The notes under the pieces: model-generated | Databases searched by the model: none | What the model was told of the DNA's origin: nothing | Seen by the model: the letters and a program-made list of their open reading frames with translations, nothing else | Source of the DNA: Euprymna scolopes | Lineage: Eukaryota | Length of the DNA stretch: 64,000 nt | Strand: one strand, 5' to 3' | Assembly: GCA_053919585.1 (NCBI GenBank) | Contig: CM132799.1 | Part shown: positions 14,237-25,900 of the stretch, piece by piece | How the letters are laid out: each line of letters starts with the position of its first letter | How positions within the stretch are numbered: the first letter of the stretch is position 1 | Position numbers and translations under genes: made by a program

Positions 14237-15170
14237 GTCACCACTTATCAAGGCCCAGAAGCCACTCGGAGATAAGGGTTATTGTATGTACAGTACGTTA
14301 GTGTTGGAAATTTGATAAAGTGTCTTACTAAAGGGGGCGGTTCATCAGGAACCTGTTTACATTGGACTTGAAGACATCCAGGTTGTAGTACAGGTGGGAA
14401 ACAGGCAACCGGAACAGAGTTCCACAGGCGTGCACTTCTAAGAAAGAAGCTCTGTTCATGGAATCCACGTCTTGATTTTGGCAACGATAAGGAGTGGGGA
14501 AAATTTTTGACACTGGTTTCAGCTAGGCGGGTGTTTATTGTGAGAGATTGGCGAGGGGGGTCAGAGATTTGAGTTCAGACGAGCACCTGCCATGGTAGTA
14601 ATGATAGAACAAATACAAACTCGCTACTTCTCTTCTGTGAGAAAAAGGTTGCAGGGAAGAGAAAAGGGCATCACCCACTAGGCCACGAAGCCTATTTTGT
14701 ACTCTGTCAAAGCAAGATAGCCTGTTTTTAGCAGCTCCTGCCCAGATGTGGCAGCAGTACTCCATGCTTGGACGTACTTTGCTTTTATACAGATAGAAAA
14801 TTGCATCAGGGGTGAGATATCTTCTGGAACGGTAGAAGGATCCCATCATGTTTCCAGCGAGCTTGGCAACTGACTTGATGTACGTGTTCAATTTCAGGTC
14901 AGGAGTAAAGCTTATCAATCCATGGAACTTCCCCTAGACGAGAGCCGCCCATATCAATTGATGCCAGATGGGGATCAGAGCGTTGATGAAGTAAAGATAG
15001 GAGCTTGGGTTTAGATGGATTAAAAGTAACCAGTCAACTCCTCCCCGCGCTCAAGATCAGAGGAGAAAGAATTAGAGAGAACTTTGTCATTTACGGTCTT
15101 TGATGTGTTACCATAGATGGTCGTGTCATCAGCATAGATGTCAACGAATGATTTAAGTATGTGTTTTGGG
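14237..15170 (-). mobile_element. 5'-truncated CR1/L2-type LINE (RT C-terminus and 3' UTR)
   Basis: IYADDTT at about 15120-15141; ORF 14535..14918 has YKSKVRPSMEYCCHIWAG...DRVQ...SHRREVASL; 3' tail shared with 56928-57822. Confidence 0.9.
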
Positions 15171-15368
15171 AGATGAACATTTACAGTAAAATTGCGGGTA
15201 GCATTTCTTTCACGTTATTTTAATTCGACAATTTAGCGATCATGCCATTAAAATCATGTTAAATGTGATGTTTCACGTATGTTCTTTTATATTTAGTTGT
15301 GAAGTGAAAGTGTAGTATGGTGAATATGATAAAATTGTTTTTTTCGAAATAATATCGCTATTATTCCA

Positions 15369-15560
15369 TCACGTTAAAGATTGGAGCTCAGACAAGCATT
15401 TCCCATGAAAATAACGATAAAACAACGACAGGCTCGCAAAGTCCCTTCTGTAGGAGAGAGGTTGCAGGGAAGAGAAAAGGGCATCCCCCACTAGGCTATG
15501 AAGTCTATTTTGTACTGCCAAGGCAGGATAGGCTGTTTTAGCAGCTCCTGCCCAGATATG
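15369..15560 (-). mobile_element. Internal fragment of the same LINE family
   Basis: HIWAGAAK...LQPLSYRRDFASLSLFYRYFHGKC, paralogous to about 14570-14750. Confidence 0.85.
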
Positions 15561-16291
15561 CTTTACAGCTAGAATAAGACAGTGTTGATTTAGGAGAGGC
15601 GTTGTTGTCAATCTTTGTCGATTGCACAACCCTTGCTTCAAAATTGCATGTGCAGCTTAAACTACAGACGTAACCAATTGCCTCTGATGACAAAACAGAA
15701 GCGATAGAAATGGTCGGAAAGTATTAATAGATTTTCTTATAAAAATGTACTTTCTGTTTTTTGTAATAAAAGGAATTGTTTGCTTTTTAGTTAAAGATTT
15801 TTTTTTTCATTAAAACGTGATAATCGATACATTTTGTTTCGTTGTGATATTTTATTGTTTTATTTTAAACAAAAATAAATTATTTATTTAGTATGAAATT
15901 GTTTCTTCTTTTTTCATAAACGTGTGAGACTTTTATGTAAAATACCGATAGACTTTTATAAAGATTAATCAATTTTAACGGGAACAGAGGGGTGTCTTCT
16001 ATTAATGTCTTCTATTAATTAAAACACATTAAGTAACTAATACGATTGTAAAGCATACGTACTATAAGGGAGTAAGTTATGCACGTCATTTTGAACATTA
16101 TCTGAGCTGTTCGTAAATTATTCTGAGAATGAATAAAAATTTGTAGTAATAGCAACGACATGACATAAAATTCTAGCATTCCGTTATTCGATTAATCGTT
16201 GAATACATTCACGACACAATTTGGAATAGAAGTGAAATTAATAGAAATTATATAATATAATTCGGTTTTGTAATTTTTCAGATTATGAATA

Positions 16292-17136
16292 CAGGGTGTA
16301 ACGATCAAATTGTTCACTGGAAAATATGGCATGATTCCATTTCTGTTTCATTAACACCTGTTTTCTTTTTGTGTTGTTGTGGAACATCTACTAGTTGGCT
16401 AATTGTGTACAAATCCGTAGAGCGATAGAAGCCTTCTATCATGTCTGAAAGTGACACAACGAGCGAGATCAGAGATGTGCCGCTGTACCATTCATGCTCT
16501 CTACTAATCCAAGTGATGAAAACGGGACCATTGCCAGCACCCTAAAAATGCAACGCTGAATTGCCACGAATTACAGGGACATGCCCAGGGTGATATAAAC
16601 AAAGTTTCCAGACACAGTTATGAGTTTGGTGTGGTTTCAAGTGAAGGCTATATCATGCTATCTCAGTTCTTCGAAGTCGGCTTAAAAGTCAACGCCAAAG
16701 TGTATCTGGATGTGCTGAAGAGTATGATGTTCTCCTGGTGCAATCAGGTAGCCACTGCACGCCGGCCCACAAGCCCAAAGAAACCCAGGCCTGACTTCAG
16801 AAGAAGTGCTACGACTCTGTACCCTTCCCTCGACCTGAACCCGCTGGAATACTTTTTGTCATACGCCGAGAAATCACTAACATTACCTCCCATTTAACCA
16901 AAGTCAGTCTGATAGCCGCCATCCGCTGAGTATTCGCCAAGCCTACGCCAGCGCTTGTGAAAAAGGCATGCTCTCAGTTCCGAACCCGTATCGAGGCGGT
17001 GATTGAGATTAAAAACGGCTACATTGAATAGATATCATTTTTACTACATAATCAAGTTACTTCAATCGATTTTTCAAAATAAAATGTAGTTTTATTTTTG
17101 TTTTCTTTAGGGCGAAACTTTTATTATTCCACCCTG
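16292..17136 (+). mobile_element. Internally deleted Tc1/mariner-superfamily DNA transposon, flanked by TA
   Basis: Terminal repeats ta|cagggtg...caccctg|ta; transposase remnants TKFPDTVM, VVSSEG...KVNAKVYLDVL and DLNPLEYF (SPDLNP motif). Confidence 0.85.
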
Positions 17137-18099
17137 TACATATATGTTACAGGTTTATGGTGGATAATACTAAACGATAACTATTATCGAGCATATAAGA
17201 CAACTACTGTTCCACTGAGAGATGCAACATTCCTTTAATAAAAAGTAATATGTGAGTTCGTGACATGAATTATTAATACATCGGCCGTCAGCAAATGAAC
17301 GAACAATTCATCAATGTCGGAGCCGTGGGAAATTTCCTTCGCAACACTTGAAAGAATCTCAGGCAAGACATTACGAAAATCAACCAAAAGTTATTTGCAA
17401 TTACATGAATCGAATTCTCATCTGACGGCCAAACGTGTTTACAGGTATCAGTTTCGAACATGCGCACTGATGCAAATGAGTTAACAACTGATGATTACAA
17501 TTCTGCAGAGTGCACGCCCTTGTGTCAAGTTGAAATATTGATTCCCGCTACTACATCGTCGTGTTCATTTAAAACTTGGAAGATTTTGAAGAACTGCCTG
17601 TGTGCATTCACAGGCCGTAATCGTCCACTTGTTCTTCAGCTGAATTTGATCTCGACATCGGTCGCAGTGTAAATCATATGATCTATATTACTTGTTGGAC
17701 AAAATTGTCTCCAAACTAATTCACAACCCCAGTTACAACAAGTACTGATGTTTTATTTTCATAGGTTATCATTGTAAATAATTTATCCGTTAATGACACA
17801 CTTGCAATCAGAACTCTGGGCCCATGCGAATCAAAATATGGCGTGCCCTGTACTTGTGGGGAGACAAGTAAAATCAAGTAGGGGCAGATATCTAAATATC
17901 AGTAACCCTGCCAAGGTGCTGCGGTTGCAATGCGAAATTGTTTATGTAACGGGTGCAAAAAAATCAAAGGTTAAAGCTTAATGATGACACTAGGTTGTTA
18001 AACAATAAAAACATTTCAGTGGTTTTGTTTTTAGCTTGTATGCATGTCTCTCTTTCCCTCGCGCGCTTTCTCTCTCTTTCGTACTTCTCTCTTACTTAT

Positions 18100-18450
18100 C
18101 TGGCCCTGTCGGTGGGGCATTAGAATACGCCGACTGCCCTCCCTGCAGAGGGTAAAAGGCCCTCAATGGGGATCCTGGATATGACCTTAAACTATATCCA
18201 GTGGTGAGGCCCCAGCTTGTGGGCTTTGAGGAGTGTGGAGCCACCCTTTAATTACCATTGCTCCCAGGTCCACTGTGACCCGGAGTGGTAGTACCTGTTA
18301 GGGTCGCAACTATGGGTTAAATAGAAACCGACGTGAAAACAACAAATATATTCTATTAAAAAAAAAGATTTCTTCAAAATCTTTGGATTCGGCATTAAAT
18401 AACCCGGAAAGGGTTGATATGCCGTAAAACAAAAACAACCAACCAACCAA
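18100..18450 (+). mobile_element. SINE-like retroelement with (CAAC)n tail and 11-bp target-site duplication
   Basis: ctcttacttat at 18089-18099 and 18451-18461 flanks the element; tail gttgatatgccgtaaaac...(caac)n; second, 5'-truncated copy at 56050-56310. Confidence 0.8.
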
Positions 18451-19319
18451 CTCTTACTTATATCTCTTTTTCTTTCTCTTTTAATGAGGGAAGAATTGTT
18501 ATTGTATTAAACAGTTTCGTTGCGAGTGTCTTGGAACACAGAATCACCGGGGTTAAAATGCTTCTTAATTGTCGAAATAATTAGAATCCTGATTTTTATG
18601 AGAACATGTTTGTTGTTTTGTGAAAGCATTGAGCAAACAGTTCATATCAACAATGCTGATTAAGCCCTGCATGAGATGATACCGATTGAAGAAACGTAGA
18701 CAATCTCATGAGCAGAGATATCCGACGTCAAATCCATCCTATGTATCCTTTGAGACATGAAACGTTCGAATTATCTATGTGCATATTGTTTATTCACCGT
18801 GCAATGAGCCATCACCATTTCAAGAAACGTAACCACGACAAAGCAAGTAACTCTTTTTGTATCCCAGGAAGTGTTTAGTGCAGTTACTTGAGCAAACATT
18901 ACTTAGTGAAAGTGCACCATTCGTCACTTATCAAACATCACTTAGAGAAAGTGCACAATACCGACGAGATCTTATTTGTGTGACGAATTTTATGTAATTT
19001 GGAATATTTAGGCAGGGTTTACTTGTACAGAAAAAGTATCTTCATGCCAGGTTATTTGGACAAATCCGTGTACACATTCCAGGATAGAATCTTTATTTTA
19101 AATTCGCTTAAAATCAATTATATAATTTTTAATAAAAAATCATTTAAAATTAAAGTTTTTACTTGCTCTTAAGATAATTATTTCATATTTTGTTTGTTAT
19201 TCAACATAGTTTATATGAGCGCGTGGGAAAATTTTAGCAGCATCGAAAGATAGCTGGCTTGTTAAGAGATTAGCAGCAGCAATAGTCACCGATAAAAGTG
19301 CATAGGACAATTACGAACA

Positions 19320-19831
19320 AGGAAGTGCGAACAAAAACAAGGCCGATAGCCATTAGTCGCGTGCTCTCGTGTAATGAATGAATGCCATGAAATTCTTAAA
19401 GATAAACTAAAATGACCGAAAAATAGGCTGAAATGACTTAAATAAATAAAAAGTAAATGACTTATAATGACTTTAATGAACTTAAGGATGAATTGATGAC
19501 CTTAAGAATGACTTGAATGCTTAAAAAATAACTGAAATCCTTCAAAAACAACTTGAATGATCTGGAGAATGACTTGAATGGCTTTGAGACTGACTGGTTG
19601 TAAAGTGGGTGATCATTTTACATTAAATTCATACAAAAAAGTGATCCCCCACTGTATATCACAAAAATTATTTGATTTAGGGAATTTGAAACGTTATTTT
19701 CGTATTCAGGAACCCCGAAAACCAATAAATAGTGTTATAATAAACATAAAACGAAATAAAAATTACGTGTGTTAAGGACCGACCGACCGACCGACCGACC
19801 GACTTATAGAGTTACTTGCACACGATTAAAA
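19320..19831. mobile_element. Helentron/HINE-like non-autonomous element with internal aatgactt repeats and (GACC)n
   Basis: aacaaggcc...ttagtcgcgtgc near the left end; right end (gacc)n gacttatagagttacttgcacacgattaaaa matches 28690-28752. Confidence 0.5.
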
Positions 19832-19934
19832 CACTATTCTGTGGTATGCATTTAAAAAAATGTCAGTCGGTCGGCCGGTCCGTAACACATTTACTTATTA
19901 GTTACAAACAATGCAGCATCGGTTAAGAACAGAT

Positions 19935-22900
19935 GGTATTTATTTGCTCCCCCACCGAGCAAATTAGGCACAAGGCCAATTTTTAATGTGAGGAGTGAAG
20001 GGAGGGGGAAGGGAAAAGGGGACCAGCTCCCGAGAGGTGGGAAATAGGAGCTGGTTAAAGGTCAGGCATGTGGGGTTGCCCCCACATCTGGTCTTTGCTA
20101 GTCATAGCTAGTCATAGCTTGCAGTATCTGCCGGAACAGATGGTATTTATTTGCTCCCCCACCGAGCAAATAAGGCACAAGGCCAATTTTTAATGTGAGG
20201 AGTGAAGGGAGGGGGAAGGAAAAAAGGGGACCAGCTCTCGAGAGGTGGGAAATGGGAGTTGGTTAAAGATCAGGTGTGTGGGGTTGCCCCCACATCTGGT
20301 CTTTGCTTGCAGTATCTGCCGGAACAGATGGTATTTATTTGCTCCCCCACCGAGCAAATTAGGCACAAGGCCAATTTTTAATGTGAGGAGTGAAGGGAGG
20401 GGGAAGGGAAAAAGGGGACCAGCTCCCGAGAGGTGGGAAATGGGAGCTGGTTAAAGGTCAGGCATGTGGGGTTGCCCCCACATCTGGTCTTTGCTAGTCA
20501 AAGCTTGCAGTATCTGCCGGAACAGATGGTATTTATTTGCTCCCCCACCGAGCAAATTGGGCACAAGGCCGATTTTTAATGTGAGGAGTGAAGGGGAAAT
20601 GGGGACCAACTCCCCGGGGAGTAGGGGAGCTGGATAGTGACAATTGGTATGAAGGGTGGCCCGTACATTGACCAAGGTCTTATATGTGGGGTCGTCCCCA
20701 CATATGGTCTTTGCTTGCAGTATCTGCCGGAACAGATGGTATTTATTTGCTCCCCCACCGAGCAAATTAGGCACAAGGCCGATTTTTAATGTGAGGAGTG
20801 AAGGGGGGGGAGGGAAAAAGGGGACCAGCTCCCGAGAGGTGGGAAATGGGCGCTGGTTAATGGTCAGGCATGTGGGGTTGCCCCCACATCTGGTCTTTGC
20901 TAGTCATAGCTTGCAGCATCTGCCGGAACAGATGGTATTTATTTGCTCCCCCACCGAGCAAATTAGGCACAAGGCCGATTTTTAATGTGAGGAGTGAAGG
21001 GAGGGGGAAGGGGAAAAGGGACCAGCTCCCGAGGGGTGGGAAATGGGAGCTGGTTAAAGGTCAGGCATGTGGGGTTGCCCCCACATCTGGTCTTTGCTAG
21101 TCATAGCTAGTCATAGCTTGCAGTATCTGCCGGAACAGATGGTATTTATTTGCTCCCCCACCGAGCAAATTAGGCACAAGGCCGATTTTTAATGTGAGGA
21201 GTGAAGGGAGGGGGAAGGGAAAAGGGGCCCAGCTCCCGAGAGGTGGGAAATAGGAGCTGGTTAAAGGTCAGGCATGTGGGGTTGCCCCCACATCTGGTCT
21301 TTGCTAGTCATAGCTAGTCATAGCTAGTCATAGCTTGCAGTATCTGCCGGAACAGATGGTATTTATTTGCTCCCCCACCGAGCAAATTAGGCACAAGGCC
21401 AATTTTTAATGTGAGGAGTGAAGGGAGGGGGAAGGAAAAAAGGGGACCAGCTCTCGAGAGGTGGGAAATGGGAGTTGGTTAAAGATCAGGTGTGTGGGGT
21501 TGCCCCCACATCTGGTCTTTGCTTGCAGTATCTGCCGGAACAGATGGTATTTATTTGCTCCCCCACCGAGCAAATTAGGCACAAGGCCAATTTTTAATGT
21601 GAGGACTGAAGGGAGGGGGAAGGGAAAAAGGGGACCAGCTCCCGAGAGGTGGGAAATGGGAGCTGGTTAAAGGTCAGGCATGTGGGGTTGCCCCCACATC
21701 TGGTCTTTGCTAGTCAAAGCTTGCAGTATCTGCCGGAACAGATGGTATTTATTTGCTCCCCCACCGAGCAAATTGGGCACAAGGCCGATTTTTAATGTGA
21801 GGAGTGAAGGGGAAATGGGGACCAACTCCCCGGGGAGTAGGGGAGCTGGATAGTGACAATTGGTATGAAGGGTGGCCCGTACATTGACCAAGGTCTTATA
21901 TGTGGGGTCGTCCCCACATATGGTCTTTGCTTGCAGTATCTGCCGGAACAGATGGTATTTATTTGCTCCCCCACCGAGCAAATTAGGCACAAGGCCGATT
22001 TTTAATGTGAGGAGTGAAGGGGGGGAGGGAAAAAGGGGACCAGCTCCCGAGAGGTGGGAAATGGGCGCTGGTTAATGGTCAGGCATGTGGGGTTGCCCCC
22101 ACATCTGGTCTTTGCTAGTCATAGCTTGCAGTATCTGCCGGAACAGATGGTATTTATTTGCTCCCCCACCGAGCAAATTAGGCACAAGGCCAATTTTTAA
22201 TGTGAGGAGTGAAGGGAGGGGGAAGGAAAAAAGGGGACCAGCTCTCGAGAGGTGGGAAATGGGAGTTGGTTAAAGATCAGGTGTGTGGGGTTGCCCCCAC
22301 ATCTGGTCTTTGCTTGCAGTATCTGCCGGAACAGATGGTATTTATTTGCTCCCCCACCGAGCAAATTAGGCACAAGGCCAATTTTTAATGTGAGGAGTGA
22401 AGGGAGGGGGAAGGGAAAAAGGGGACCAGCTCCCGAGAGGTGGGAAATGGGAGCTGGTTAAAGGTCAGGCATGTGGGGTTGCCCCCACATCTGGTCTTTG
22501 CTAGTCAAAGCTTGCAGTATCTGCCGGAACAGATGGTATTTATTTGCTCCCCCACCGAGCAAATTGGGCACAAGGCCGATTTTTAATGTTTGGAGTGAAG
22601 GGGAAATGGGGACCAACTCCCCGGGGAGTAGGGGAGCTGGATAGTGACAATTGGTATGAAGGGTGGCCCGTACATTGACCAAGGTCTTATATGTGGGGTC
22701 GTCCCCACATATGGTCTTTGCTTGCAGTATCTGCCGGAACAGATGGTATTTATTTGCTCCCCCACCGAGCAAATTAGGCACAAGGCCGATTTTTAATGTG
22801 AGGAGTGAAGGGGGGGGGAAAAGGGGACCAGCTCCCGAGAGGTGGGAAATGGGCGCTGGTTAATGGTCAGGCATGTGGGGTTGCCCCCACATCTGGTCTT

Positions 22901-25900
22901 TGCTAGTCATATCTTGCAGCATCTGCCGGAACAGATGGTATTTATTTGCTCCCCCACCGAGCAAATTAGGCACAAGGCCGATTTTTAATGTGAGGAGTGA
23001 AGGGAGGGGGAAGGGGAAAAGGGACCAGCTCCCGAGGGGTGGGAAATGGGAGCTGGTTAAAGATCAGGCATGTGGGGTTGCCCCCACATCTGGTCTTTGC
23101 TAGTCATAGCTAGTCATAGCTTGCAGTATCTGCCGGAACAGATGGTATTTATTTGCTCCCCCACCGAGCAAATTAGGCACAAGGCCGATTTTTAATGTAA
23201 GGAGTGAAGGGAGGGGGAAGGGAAAAGGGGACCAGCTCCCGAGAGGTGGGAAATAGGAGCTGGTTAAAGGTCAGGCATGTGGGGTTGCCCCCACATCTGG
23301 TCTTTGCTAGTCATAGCTAGTCATAGCTTGCAGTATCTGCCGGAACAGATGGTATTTGTTTGCTCCCCCACCGAGCAAATTAGGCACAAGGCCAATTTTT
23401 AATGTGAGGAGTGAAGGGAGGGGGAAGGAAAAAAGGGGACCAGCTCTCGAGAGGTGGGAAATGGGAGTTGGTTAAAGATCAGGTGTGTGGGGTTGCCCCC
23501 ACATCTGGTCTTTGCTTGCAGTATCTGCCGGAACAGATGGTATTTATTTGCTCCCCCACCGAGCAAATTAGGCACAAGGCCAATTTTTAATGTGAGGAGT
23601 GAAGGGAGGGGGAAGGGAAAAAGGGGACCAGCTCCCGAGAGGTGGGAAATGGGAGCTGGTTAAAGGTCAGGCATGTGGGGTTGCCCCCACATCTGGTCTT
23701 TTCTAGTCAAAGCTTGCAGTATCTTCCGGAACAGATGGTATTTATTTGCTCCCCCACCGAGCAAATTGGGCACAAGGCCGATTTTTAATGTGAGGAGTGA
23801 AGGGGAAATGGGGACCAACTCCCCGGGGAGTAGGGGAGCTTGATAGTGACAATTGGTATGAAGGGTGGCCCGTACATTGACCAAGGTCTTATATGTGGGG
23901 TCGTCCCCACATATGGTCTTTGCTTGCAGTATCTGCCGGAACAGATGGTATTTATTTGCTCCCCCACCGAGCAAATTAGGCACAAGGCCGATTTTTAATG
24001 TGAGGATAAGGGGGGGGGGAGGGAAAAAGGGGACCAGCTCCCGAGAGGTGGGAAATCGGCGCTGGTTAATGGTCAGGCATGTGGGGTTGCCCCCACATCT
24101 GGTCTTTGCTAGTCATAGCTTGCAGCATCTGCCGGAACAGATGGTATTTATTTGCTCCCCCACCGAGCAAATTAGGCACAAGGCCGATTTTTAATGTGAG
24201 GAGTGAAGGGAGGGGGAAGGGGAAAAGGGACCAGCTCCCGAGGGGTGGGAAATGGGAGCTGGTTAAAGGTCAGGCATGTGGGGTTGCCCCCACATCTGGT
24301 CTTTGCTAGTCATAGCTAGTCATAGCTTGCAGTATCTGCCGGAACAGATGGTATTTATTTGCTCCCCCACCGAGCAAATTAGGCACAAGGCACATTTTTA
24401 ATGTGAGGAGTAAAGGGAGGGGGAGGGAAAAAGGGGACCAGCTCCCGAGAGGTGGGAAATGGGAGCTGGTTTAAGGTTAGGTATGTGGGGTTGCCCCCAC
24501 ATCTGGTTTTTGCTAGTCATAGCTTGCAGTATCTGCCGGAACAGATACTACACTTTGATGGTATTTATTTGCTCCCCCACCGAGCAAATTAGGCACAAGG
24601 CCGATTTTTAATGTGAGGAGTGAAGGGAGGGGGAAGGGAAAAAGGGGACCAGCTCCCGAGAGGTGGGAAATGGGAGCTGGTTAATGGTCAGGCATGTGGG
24701 GTTGCCCCCACATCTGGTCTTTGCTAGTCATAGCTAGTCATAGCTTGCAGTATCTGCCTGAACAGATGGTATTTATTTGCTCCCCCACCGAGCAAATTAG
24801 GCACAAGGCCGATTTTTAATGTGAGGAGTGAAGGGAGGGGGGAAGGGAAAAAGGGGACCAGCTCCCGAGAGGTGGGAAATGGGAGCTGGTTAATGGTAAG
24901 GCATGTGGGGTTGCCCCCACATCTGGTCTTTGCTAGTAATAGCTAGTCCTAGCTTGCAGTATCTGCCGGGACAGATACTACACTTTGATGGTATTTATTT
25001 GCTCCCCCACCGAGCAAATTAGGCACAAGGCCGATTTTTAATGTGAGGAGTGAAGGGAGGGGGAAGGGAAAAAGGGGACCAGCTCCCGAGAGGTGGGAAA
25101 TGGGAGCTGGTTAATGGTCAGGCATGTGGGGTTGCCCCCACATCTGGTCTTTGCTAGTAATAGCTAGTCCTAGCTTGCAGTATCTGCCGGGACAGATACT
25201 ACACTTTGATGGTATTTATTTGCTCCCCCACCGAGCAAATTAGGCACAAGGCCGATTTTTAATGTGAGGAGTGAAGGGAGGGGGAAGGGAAAAAGGGGAC
25301 CAGCTCCCGAGAGGTGGGAAATGGGAGCTGGTTAATGGTCAGGCATGTGGGGTTGCCCCCACATCTGGTCTTTGCTAGTCATAGCTAGTCATAGCTTGCA
25401 GTATCTGCCTGAGCAGATGGTATTTATTTGCTCCCCCACTGAGCAAATTAGGCACAAGGCCGATTTTAATGTGAGGTAAAAACCAGCTCCCCTAAAAGTA
25501 GGCAAAAAAGGGTACTCTGGTTACCAAAAATAATAATTTTCCCAGTATAGAGGGTTTCCCCTCCATTGACTGGTACAAATTATCTTAAGTGCAGCATCTG
25601 CCTGAACAGATGGTATTTATTTGCTCCCCCACCGAGCAAATTAGGCACAAAGCCAATTTTTAATGTGAGGAGTGAAGGGAGGGGGAAGGGAAAAAGGGAC
25701 CAGCTCCCGAGAGGTGGGAAATGGGAGCTGGTTAATGGTCAGGCATGTGGGGTTGCCCCCACATCTGGTCTTTGCTAGTCATAGCTAGTCATAGCTTGCA
25801 GCATCTGCCTGAACAGATGGTATTTATTTGCTCCCCCACTTAGCAAATTAGGCACAAGGCCGTTTTTAATGTGAGGTAAAAACCAGCTCCCCTAAAAGTA

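Noticed and set aside
19935-20141. Known ribozyme (hammerhead, HDV-like, twister) or retrozyme in the array unit
   Set aside because: I found no CUGANGA/GAAA core or convincing HDV or twister topology by eye on either strand; an Infernal search is needed to exclude it.
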